Source: Bacteroidetes bacterium ADurb.Bin139 | GTDB lineage: Bacteria > Bacteroidota > Bacteroidia > Bacteroidales > UBA932 | DNA length: 64,000 bases | NCBI GenBank assembly: GCA_002070565.1 | Contig: MWDM01000004.1 | Location: forward strand, 778-64,777 | Reading direction: 5' to 3' | Shown here: piece after piece, positions 1 to 6,755 of the stretch | Position numbering within the stretch: position 1 is the stretch's first letter | Layout of the letters: every line of letters starts with the position of its first letter | Notes under the pieces: generated by a model | The model's database searches: none | What the model saw: the letters and a program-made list of their open reading frames with translations, nothing else | What the model was told of the DNA's origin: nothing | Translations under genes and position numbers: made by a program

Positions 1-193
1 CATAAAGCAACCAAGAACAATAATTGGAACTGCGGAGCAGCGCCTTAATTTGCACCAATGGCTTTTGGCGCACCGCCTTGAAAGACCACTCCGTACTTAG
101 CACTCAGGCGACCGCCAGTAGGAAAGGTTGAAGCTTCGGCTTAAAGAAAAAGCTTTATGATCTTGAAGTGCAAGGAGCACGGAGCGCGGTACC

Positions 194-3100
194 CTACCTC
201 AGTATGCAGTCCTTCCAACCCATCCCGTTGACCATGCGCATCCAGTGCAGGGCTTCGCTACGGGTGCGGAAGTATTGGGAAACATAATGATAACGTCCGT
301 CTTCTTCCAGTACAGCAGTGATTTCAAGTACAGGCAGCCTTTGTTTCAGGCGTGTAAAGTAGTTGCTTCCGCTTTCCAGAGGTTTGTCTGTAACCAGGAA
401 TTGAAGGCGGTAACCGCTCTGGACAGGGCTTCCAGGAGCTATGGCAGGAGGTGTTTTTTTAGCAGGGCCGATGGCTGTTGTTTCCTTTTTGGCGGGAGTA
501 GCAGTTGTGTCTCTTGCTGGAACAGCGGCCTGGGGAGCTACCCTGGCAGGTGATGCAGGTGTAGCCTGGGGAGCTACCCTGGCAGGTGATGCAGGTGTAG
601 CCTGGGGAGCTACCCTGGCAGCGGAGGTGTCAGTAGCCTGGGGAGCCACCCTGGCAGCGGAGGTGTCAGTAGCCGGGAAAGCAGGCTGAGCAGGAGCATT
701 GGATTGGATTTCAAATTCCAGATCGTAGATAAAATCACCGTCTACACTGGGTTCCACGGTAAAGGGAATGTATGCGGGAGTAGCAGTCATATTGAGCTTT
801 CTCATCTGTTCCGGATCTATAGCTGCCAGGTAATCTCCCGGTGCCAGCCCCATATAACTGAAGAAGCCATCCGATTCGGAAAGTGTGCTGCTGATCATTA
901 CTGAATCGTTTTTGTAGAATTGTATGGTGATGCGTCCCTGACCACGCAGGGTATTTTTATCACGCAGGTAAACCTGCCCTGACACTTCTCCAACTACCAT
1001 CACCGGAACTTCAATGCGCTTAAATTGGTTTGGGTCTACAGTTACGCTCATCGTCTGGTTGTGCATTCTCCAGGAAATGTTGTCAAACTTGCTGCCATTC
1101 AGGGTGACCAGGTACTGGGCATAGGGCTGCAGGTCATATATTCTTGTAACGGTATCTTTTTCTATATACCGGATCCGGCCTCCGCTCACCTGAACCTCCA
1201 TGCCAAAGGCTCTGGGCTCTCCCTTGTCTCGTTTGCCGTTCCAGTTCAGGTCCAGGAAAGGATACAGGATCATACCACCCTTGCCCACACTGCTTCTGTT
1301 ATTGACAGTAACAAGTCCGGAACGGGGATCTGTCATGATGCTGCCGCTTGCTGTTTCCACAAAAGAGTAGGTTTTGTTGCTTTTTCTTGCAGAGAAGCCA
1401 ATTTGCGCGAATGAAAAATCATAACGGAGCCCCAATTCCACGTTGGTTATGTCACTCATGAAATTTCTTTCAAACGAAACGTTCAGGTAGCCGTCAGAGA
1501 ATAACCTTTTTTCCAGCGCCACACGCAGAGAAACAAACTTGCCCTGGTTGTAGTTGAATTGTGTCTGGGGGGTCAGTATAAACGATGCCGGAAGTCTTAG
1601 TGACATGGAAAGGGAGCTGTATATGTTTGTTTTTGCTGTTGACGAAAAAGTTGCAAAAGTAGTCAGGTTTGTATTTACTCCCAGGACGCTCCCTGACAGC
1701 AAAACCTCTGCAGTGGTGTACCGGGTGGTGGGCATGATTATCTGATTGAGGGTCATCCGGGAGAAGAGGGAAAATTGTTTTATTCTGATAGGGATGGACA
1801 TGGCAATCCGCCTCTCTTCCAGATAGTTGGTGTTTATGGCTGTTTGATTTTTATCGTATCGGGTGTAATTAACTTCCAGCTGTATGTCGGAGGGCAACCT
1901 CCAGTTCAATATTCCTTTTGCATTTACCCCGTGGTTATATTCACCGGTGAGCAACAACCCGGGAGCCAGTCTTAACGATGTGTGCACGAAAGGCATGATT
2001 TGACCCGAAGTAACAGAAGAAAGGTATTCCACACCGGCTCCGATGGTCATGAAACGGGTTATCCCGTAATCCATGTCCAGCCTAGAAAATTTGCTCCATA
2101 GCGAATCTGAAACTACTCCGGCCGAGAGCCGGTACTCAAAATTGCCTGCCGGAAGAAAATTGTAAGGAATATTGAGTGTTTGCTCTTTAGAGCGTTCTTC
2201 CCCCCAGGGACCATAGAATTGTAATTTTACATTGGTACTGCCGTAGACCATAGGGACTTCAAAAGTATAAAAGCCCGAAGCGTCGGCCTGCTTGTAGTCC
2301 ACCAGGACATTGTTCACATACAGCTCAACGGTCCAGCCGGGCTCTGTGACATCGCTCAGGGTGTAGGTCCCGAAGGACTGCCGGTAAGTGGTAGGTGTGT
2401 TTGTAATCTGAACACCCAATACCGGTGAATTGATGGTAGACGTGGAGAAGCTGTTGATTTTTCCCAGGATAACCTGTCTTAGTGCTTTATATTTGTTGTT
2501 GGCATAGCGCCACTGGTAAAACTGGTTTTTTTCCTGGAAAGGTGCGTTGGTGGAATAATTCAGGTTTATGTTGGTTTCACCGCCTAGAACAACCCCGCCC
2601 AGGTTCAGGGACAAACGGGCTTCCTTAGGCCCCTTGATCTCTTGTGTTAAGATAGCAGACCAGTCTGCCATCCCGAAGTGAATTAATGGGAATCTCCTGC
2701 CTATGACCGTATCAGCCACAATCTCGCCGCTGATCTGTCCCAGGCTTTTACGCATCTGTGATTGCCTCATTTCCCTGATCACGGGAAGTTCAATGCTGGT
2801 GTTCATGGTTACAGACAGACTCCTGAAATTAAAGCTGCAGTCCAGACCGAATACCTGGCCAAAGTACTCAGATCTTAGAAATATATTGGTCTCGGAACGG
2901 ATGATGTCTCCTGTTTTTAGCTGGAATTCTTTATCCCGGAATGTTATTTTGTTATTGGCCCTGTCTATGTTGTAAGGCGTATCTTCGGTGATAAAGAAAC
3001 CGTTTACGGAATCAAACCCGGCCGTATATGAATTTTTGATTTTAAGAAAATCAAAAATTTCTATTACTGATAAATAGACACTGTTTTCTCCAATTACGGC

Positions 3101-3268
3101 TGAAATATCAGTACCCCCTATGCGTGGAACAGAAAAATAGATCACCATTTCTTCCAGGTACTCTTCTTCCTGTGCCAGGCCCTCTGCAGGGAGCAGAATT
3201 CCGGTGATCAGCAGGAAAAAAGTTACGATCAAAATCGCACGGCGGTGATGTAATGGATTCAATATCAT
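194..3268 (-). CDS. Large secreted/outer-membrane-type protein with a signal peptide, a long beta-rich central region, a carboxypeptidase-regulatory-like beta-sandwich, a Pro/Ala/Thr repeat linker and a C-terminal SPOR-like domain
   Basis: Uninterrupted ORF. The track start at 3271 is TTG; the ATG is at 3268. The N-terminus is hydrophobic (AILIVTFFLLITGILLPAEGLAQ). The segment VSGQVYLRDKNTLRGQGRITIQFY...SDGFFSYMGLAPGDY resembles a CarboxypepD_reg fold. The C-terminus YRLQFLV...GRYHYVSQYF..RSEALHWMRMVNGMGWKDCIL fits the SPOR pattern. Confidence 0.6.
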   Translation of the reverse strand: MILNPLHHRRAILIVTFFLLITGILLPAEGLAQEEEYLEEMVIYFSVPRIGGTDISAVIGENSVYLSVIEIFDFLKIKNSYTAGFDSVNGFFITEDTPYNIDRANNKITFRDKEFQLKTGDIIRSETNIFLRSEYFGQVFGLDCSFNFRSLSVTMNTSIELPVIREMRQSQMRKSLGQISGEIVADTVIGRRFPLIHFGMADWSAILTQEIKGPKEARLSLNLGGVVLGGETNINLNYSTNAPFQEKNQFYQWRYANNKYKALRQVILGKINSFSTSTINSPVLGVQITNTPTTYRQSFGTYTLSDVTEPGWTVELYVNNVLVDYKQADASGFYTFEVPMVYGSTNVKLQFYGPWGEERSKEQTLNIPYNFLPAGNFEYRLSAGVVSDSLWSKFSRLDMDYGITRFMTIGAGVEYLSSVTSGQIMPFVHTSLRLAPGLLLTGEYNHGVNAKGILNWRLPSDIQLEVNYTRYDKNQTAINTNYLEERRIAMSIPIRIKQFSLFSRMTLNQIIMPTTRYTTAEVLLSGSVLGVNTNLTTFATFSSTAKTNIYSSLSMSLRLPASFILTPQTQFNYNQGKFVSLRVALEKRLFSDGYLNVSFERNFMSDITNVELGLRYDFSFAQIGFSARKSNKTYSFVETASGSIMTDPRSGLVTVNNRSSVGKGGMILYPFLDLNWNGKRDKGEPRAFGMEVQVSGGRIRYIEKDTVTRIYDLQPYAQYLVTLNGSKFDNISWRMHNQTMSVTVDPNQFKRIEVPVMVVGEVSGQVYLRDKNTLRGQGRITIQFYKNDSVMISSTLSESDGFFSYMGLAPGDYLAAIDPEQMRKLNMTATPAYIPFTVEPSVDGDFIYDLEFEIQSNAPAQPAFPATDTSAARVAPQATDTSAARVAPQATPASPARVAPQATPASPARVAPQAAVPARDTTATPAKKETTAIGPAKKTPPAIAPGSPVQSGYRLQFLVTDKPLESGSNYFTRLKQRLPVLEITAVLEEDGRYHYVSQYFRTRSEALHWMRMVNGMGWKDCILR
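529..672. repeat. Four tandem copies of a 36-bp repeat in two subtypes (2+2), in frame inside the large CDS
   Basis: Units at 529-564 and 565-600 are identical (cctggggagctaccctggcaggtgatgcaggtgtag). Units at 601-636 and 637-672 share the variant ...gcagcggaggtgtcagtag and differ by one base. On the minus strand they encode ATDTSAARVAPQ x2 and ATPASPARVAPQ x2. Confidence 0.95.
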
Positions 3269-3269
3269 C

Positions 3270-3320
3270 AAAAAAGATATATTGTAAATTTCGCAAAAGT
3301 AGAGAAATTTACAATATATC
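3270..3320 (-). terminator. Intercistronic intrinsic-terminator-like hairpin (perfect 17-bp stem, 11-nt loop) followed by T6
   Basis: The arms at 3276-3292 (gatatattgtaaatttc) and 3304-3320 (gaaatttacaatatatc) are exact reverse complements. On the minus strand the stem is followed by TTTTTT (3275-3270), then G, then the ATG at 3268. Confidence 0.6.
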
Positions 3321-3344
3321 AGGCGGTTCTTTGAACTTTAAATT

Positions 3345-3800
3345 TCAATTATATGCGAGAATGACAGTATAAGACCCCTGATAGAGGCCGGAAGGCTGTT
3401 CCCGCAAAATATTGACATTACCGTTCAGGAGCAGTGTCTGATCTGCATCTTTCTGCTGATTGCCGGGTGTTTCACCAGCGTTTGCAGCGCTTCTTTCCAG
3501 AGAAGTGTCCAGTGTCAGGCTCTCCCCGCTAAATACAGTAAGGGAAGCCGGCTTAATCACAACGTCCCAGGCAACATCGGTACCTGAATGAACTAAAAAT
3601 TCTCCCAGTAAAACGGGTTCATCATTTTCTTGTTCATCAGAATCCTGAGACCTGGTAAATTCCATTTCATTGACCGATGCCGAAGAAATGCTTGCAGCAT
3701 CCACAATTTCAGCGGTGATGTGACCTGTAACAACAACCTGAGACATTAGCGGAGACACGATCGTCAGGCACAAAATGGATAGGATAATAATGTTTTTCAT
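3345..3800 (-). CDS. Small secreted protein, DUF4402-like (pilin/spore-coat-U-like beta-sandwich candidate)
   Basis: It has a signal peptide (MKNIIILSILCLTIVSPLMSQ) and is 151 aa long. The start of the mature protein (VVVTGHITAEIV) and the C-terminus (GLYQGSYTVILAYN) match my recollection of the DUF4402 pattern. The family assignment is from memory, not from a search. Confidence 0.5.
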   Translation of the reverse strand: MKNIIILSILCLTIVSPLMSQVVVTGHITAEIVDAASISSASVNEMEFTRSQDSDEQENDEPVLLGEFLVHSGTDVAWDVVIKPASLTVFSGESLTLDTSLERSAANAGETPGNQQKDADQTLLLNGNVNILREQPSGLYQGSYTVILAYN

Positions 3801-3831
3801 AGCCGTATATTTTTGGCTTGAACGTACAGTT

Positions 3832-3839
3832 CAAATATA
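3832..3839 (-). promoter_or_regulatory. Bacteroidota -7 promoter box TATATTTG for the DUF4402-like gene
   Basis: The minus strand reads TATATTTG, matching the TAnnTTTG consensus, 32 nt upstream of the ATG at 3800. Confidence 0.45.
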
Positions 3840-3869
3840 AGGTATTTATATTTAAGAAACAAATTATTT

Positions 3870-3877
3870 TATCTTTG
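3870..3877 (+). promoter_or_regulatory. Bacteroidota -7 promoter box TATCTTTG for the GT2 gene
   Basis: TATCTTTG lies 6 nt upstream of the ATG at 3884. This favours 3884 over the track start at 3818, which is TTG. Confidence 0.45.
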
Positions 3878-3883
3878 TTTACG

Positions 3884-4708
3884 ATGGTATCTGTCATTAT
3901 TTCGACGTACAACCAGCCCCGGTGGCTGGAACTTGTCCTGTATGGCTATAAATACCAGACTGTGAGGGGTTTTGAACTGATTATTGCCGATGACGGATCC
4001 GATCAGAGTACCCGCCAGGTCATTGAAAGAATGAGACATCGGGTTGCTTTTCCTATAATACATGTATACCATGAAGATCAGGGTTTTAGAAAATGCGCCA
4101 TCCTGAACAAAGCCATTCTGGAGAGTAGCAGGGATTATCTGATTTTCAGCGACGGGGACATTATTCCCCGGCGGGACTTCATTCAGGTGCACCTGGAAAT
4201 GCGGCAGACGGGCAGGTTCCTTTCCGGCGGGACAGTGAGGCTGCCCGGTGAAATTTCACAAATGATTGATGAAAGTGAGATTGCAGCAGGAATATGTTTT
4301 GACAGGCAATGGCTGGAGGAAAGAGGACTAAAACGTTCTTTTAAGAACAACAAGTTGGATTCTTTTGGTTTAAAAGCACGGCTGCTAAACCAGTTTACTC
4401 CGGCCGGCGCAACCTGGAACGGAGGGAATGCCTCGGCCTGGAAAAAGGATATTGTGCTGGTAAGGGGATTTGACCAGAGGCTTCGCTACGGGGGAGAAGA
4501 CAGAGAATTTGGGGAAAGGCTGGAGCGGCTGGGCATAAGGGGGAGGCAGATCAGATATTCTGCCGTTACGCTGCACCTGGATCATCCGCGTGATTATGTT
4601 CATCACTCCGCATGGGAGTTTAACAGGAAAGTACGCAGGGAAAACCGGCGAAATAAAATTATTCAGACAGAATATGGATTAATTAAGGGGCTGCTGAATA
4701 ATTCCTAA
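3884..4708 (+). CDS. Family 2 glycosyltransferase
   Basis: The N-terminus VSVIISTYNQPRWLELVL...ELIIADDGS and the later SDGD motif are typical of the GT2 (GT-A fold) family. Confidence 0.8.
   Translation: MVSVIISTYNQPRWLELVLYGYKYQTVRGFELIIADDGSDQSTRQVIERMRHRVAFPIIHVYHEDQGFRKCAILNKAILESSRDYLIFSDGDIIPRRDFIQVHLEMRQTGRFLSGGTVRLPGEISQMIDESEIAAGICFDRQWLEERGLKRSFKNNKLDSFGLKARLLNQFTPAGATWNGGNASAWKKDIVLVRGFDQRLRYGGEDREFGERLERLGIRGRQIRYSAVTLHLDHPRDYVHHSAWEFNRKVRRENRRNKIIQTEYGLIKGLLNNS
4680..4703. repeat. Left arm of a ~23-bp inverted repeat; it overlaps the last codons of the GT2 gene
   Basis: The reverse complement of 4686-4703 (aggggctgctgaataatt) is identical to 6351-6368. A further 5 nt match after a 1-nt gap. 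Confidence 0.9.
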
Positions 4709-4865
4709 TCAGGCACACAATTTCATTTGTGTTCTGAATGGATAAATGTTTATATTTCTCAGTTTCATCATGTTCAATAGTAACGAGATAAAATTAGGCT
4801 GGGGAATTGAAGTGGTCTAAAAAAACTGGACAGAAAAAATACTTACATTTAAATTTTACTGTCAT

Positions 4866-5153
4866 ATGAAAAGATCACGAAGAGTATTTAACGGAGAATT
4901 CAAGGCAAAGGTATCCCTTGAAGCAATAAAAGAGGAAAAGACGATTTCCGAATTGGCACAAATTTATCAGGTACATCCCCATCTGATTACCTCATGGAAG
5001 AAGGAGTTTTTGGCGAATGCCGAAAAAGTCTTTGACAGAGGGAGCGATGAGGCAGAACAGATAAAGCAACTGGAGAAGGACAAAGCAGAGCTGATACAAC
5101 AAATAGGTCAGCTGACAGTAGATATTAACTGGTTAAAAAAAAAGCTTCCATGA
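4866..5153 (+). CDS. IS3-family transposase OrfA (helix-turn-helix and leucine-zipper region)
   Basis: RRVFNGEFKAKVSLEAIKEEKTISELAQIYQVHPHLITSWKKEF is the typical IS3/IS911-type OrfA N-terminus. A coiled-coil-like C-terminus follows. Confidence 0.85.
   Translation: MKRSRRVFNGEFKAKVSLEAIKEEKTISELAQIYQVHPHLITSWKKEFLANAEKVFDRGSDEAEQIKQLEKDKAELIQQIGQLTVDINWLKKKLP
5138..5144 (+). promoter_or_regulatory. Programmed -1 ribosomal frameshift heptamer A_AAA_AAG
   Basis: A run of 9 A then G lies at 5135-5144. In the orfA frame it reads A AAA AAG. orfB (5150...) is in the -1 frame relative to orfA. Confidence 0.7.
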
Positions 5154-5998
5154 TTTCTTTGACGGATCGCAAAACAATGATAGACCGTGAGGATAAGGCT
5201 CATAGCATCTGTAATCAATGTATGCTGTTATCGATGAGCAGAAGTACGCTATATTATACGCCTTGCAGGGCTAACGATAAAGATCTGGTTCTGATGAAGG
5301 GACTTGATATTCTGTACCTGGAGGATCCTTCGCGAGGAACGCGAAGGATGGCTAAAGAGCTCAAAAAGATAGGCTACCAGGTGGGTCGATGCCATGTAAG
5401 ACGATTGATGCAAATCATGCGTTTAAAAACGGTTTATTGTCGGCCACGTACCACGGTGATGGATCTTGCCCAATACAAATATCCCTACCTGCTTCGCAAT
5501 CTGACCATTGACCGTCTAAATCAGGTTTGGTCATTGGATATCAGTTATATACCCATGCGCAAAGGATATATGTACCTTTTTGCCATAATGGATGTGTACG
5601 GCCGATTTATTGTGGGCTGGAGTCTGTCCAACACAATGGATACGAAATGGATTGTTGATGTACTGCAAACGGCGATTTATACGCATGGCACTCCTGAAAT
5701 TATCAACTCGGACCAGGGAAGTCAATTCACTTCGGATGCCTACGTAGACTATGTGAAAAGCCTTGAAACGGTGAAAATATACATGGACGGAAAAGGTAGA
5801 GCTATTGATAATGTGTGGATCGAGCGGTTTTGGCGTACCATTAAATATGACAAGCTCTATTTGTTAGAATTGGTAACCGGAGAACAGGTAAGGCAGGCAT
5901 GCGCGGAAGCGGAATTTATCACTTACTACAACTATAAAAGAGGCCATTCATCGTTAGATGATAAAAAACCAGAGAATGTTTATAAATCAGCAGCTTAA
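5150..5998 (+). CDS. IS3-family transposase OrfB (DDE/rve catalytic core), probably made as an OrfAB fusion
   Basis: The motifs WSLDISYI, INSDQGSQFTS and NVWIERFWRTIKYD(K) fit the spacing and context of the DDE triad. There are no internal stops. Confidence 0.85.
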   Translation: MISLTDRKTMIDREDKAHSICNQCMLLSMSRSTLYYTPCRANDKDLVLMKGLDILYLEDPSRGTRRMAKELKKIGYQVGRCHVRRLMQIMRLKTVYCRPRTTVMDLAQYKYPYLLRNLTIDRLNQVWSLDISYIPMRKGYMYLFAIMDVYGRFIVGWSLSNTMDTKWIVDVLQTAIYTHGTPEIINSDQGSQFTSDAYVDYVKSLETVKIYMDGKGRAIDNVWIERFWRTIKYDKLYLLELVTGEQVRQACAEAEFITYYNYKRGHSSLDDKKPENVYKSAA

Positions 5999-6021
5999 AT
6001 AAGAAAATCGATGAACGTCCG

Positions 6022-6091
6022 GGCAAAGTTATTTCCAACATTTATTTTGAGCTCCAGTAAGGGCTCCTATAAATTTTAGAATAACTTTGCC
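6022..6091. repeat. Extended imperfect hairpin in the 3' non-coding part of the IS
   Basis: The 12-bp sequences ggcaaagttatt (6022-6033) and aataactttgcc (6080-6091) are perfect complements. An inner pair atttat/ataaat is nested inside them. Confidence 0.8.
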
Positions 6092-6350
6092 TGAGAAACG
6101 GTACATTACGAAAACCAATTAACCAACGTAAAAAAACAGTCCAGGCAAGTTAGACCATCTCAGAACAACAACCCACCGGTTATTCTCATCTAATTTTGCC
6201 TCAAAGGGCATCTTGAATTCAGAAATTGAAAGTTGCATGGAGCTCTTGTAGCGTATCATATTATGCAAGGTTTATGAAGTAAAAATACTCAATTTCTTGC
6301 ACTTATGCAATTTTTTATTGACTTATTTTATTGTCAGTCAACGTTTTATA

Positions 6351-6373
6351 AATTATTCAGCAGCCCCTAATTA
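6351..6373. repeat. Right arm of the ~23-bp inverted repeat, 20 nt upstream of the DUF4234 gene start
   Basis: aattattcagcagcccct (6351-6368) is the exact reverse complement of 4686-4703. The following aatta also matches. Confidence 0.9.
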
Positions 6374-6392
6374 TTAACTAACACATACGATT

Positions 6393-6749
6393 ATGCAGAT
6401 CATTGACAACATTCCCGAATTTAAAAGAGATCCCCTGGTCGTGCTCCTTTTAGGATTCATCACATGCGGATTGTACCTTATATATTGGAACCTGCAGGCT
6501 GCCAAGGTTTTTAATGCCCTGAACGGAAGGGAGATACTGTCACCTGTTGTGGCCGTTTTTGCCGGTTGCATATGGCCGGTCAATATGTATTTTTTCTTTA
6601 TTATTGGCCGTGATGGCTTGCCTGCTCTGGACCAGAGTCTGGGTATTCCTGAAAGAGACCAGTCCATTTTACTGATGTTGCTGGGATTTTTCTTTCCCAT
6701 GATCGCAGCTATGATCGTACAAAGCGAGATCAATAAATTATACAATTAA
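6393..6749 (+). CDS. Small membrane protein, DUF4234-like
   Basis: The motif FITCGLYLIYW and two or three hydrophobic helices are typical of DUF4234. The antisense ORF at 6374-6745 lacks such features. Confidence 0.6.
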   Translation: MQIIDNIPEFKRDPLVVLLLGFITCGLYLIYWNLQAAKVFNALNGREILSPVVAVFAGCIWPVNMYFFFIIGRDGLPALDQSLGIPERDQSILLMLLGFFFPMIAAMIVQSEINKLYN

Positions 6750-6755
6750 ATCCTC

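Larger units (their letters stand above)
4808..6162 (+). mobile_element. IS3-family insertion sequence (1355 bp) with orfA, orfB and terminal inverted repeats
   Basis: The left end is TGAAGTGGTCTAA...CTGGAC (from 4808). The reverse complement of the right end is TGAGATGGTCTAA...CTGGAC (ending at 6162), with TG...CA termini. The two-ORF layout has a -1 overlap. A 3-bp duplication GAA is possible if the left end is actually at 4807. Confidence 0.85.

Noticed and set aside
3818-3883. The upstream extension of the GT2 ORF (track start 3818), and similar 5' extensions in the tracks for coaD (26504), lon (29624), recG (39541), the S8 peptidase (62749) and the M16 peptidase (8095).
   Set aside because: The extensions start at non-ATG codons or run through promoter boxes, terminators or neighbouring genes. 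They add sequence that does not belong to the protein families. Internal ATGs preceded by TAnnTTTG boxes, or yielding proper signal peptides, were preferred.
4709-4807. Weak hairpin acacaa/ttgtgt (4715-4732) after the GT2 stop, and a 24-codon ORF (MFIFLSFIMFNSNEIKLGWG...) running into the IS left end.
   Set aside because: The stem is only 6 bp and AT-rich, with no T-run. The mini-ORF has no support beyond being open, and its end is created by the IS sequence.
6374-6745. A 123-aa minus-strand ORF overlapping the DUF4234-like gene, and 6867-7298 (143 aa) overlapping the DUF2752-like gene.
   Set aside because: The plus-strand products carry family-specific motifs and clear transmembrane helices. 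The minus-strand translations do not.
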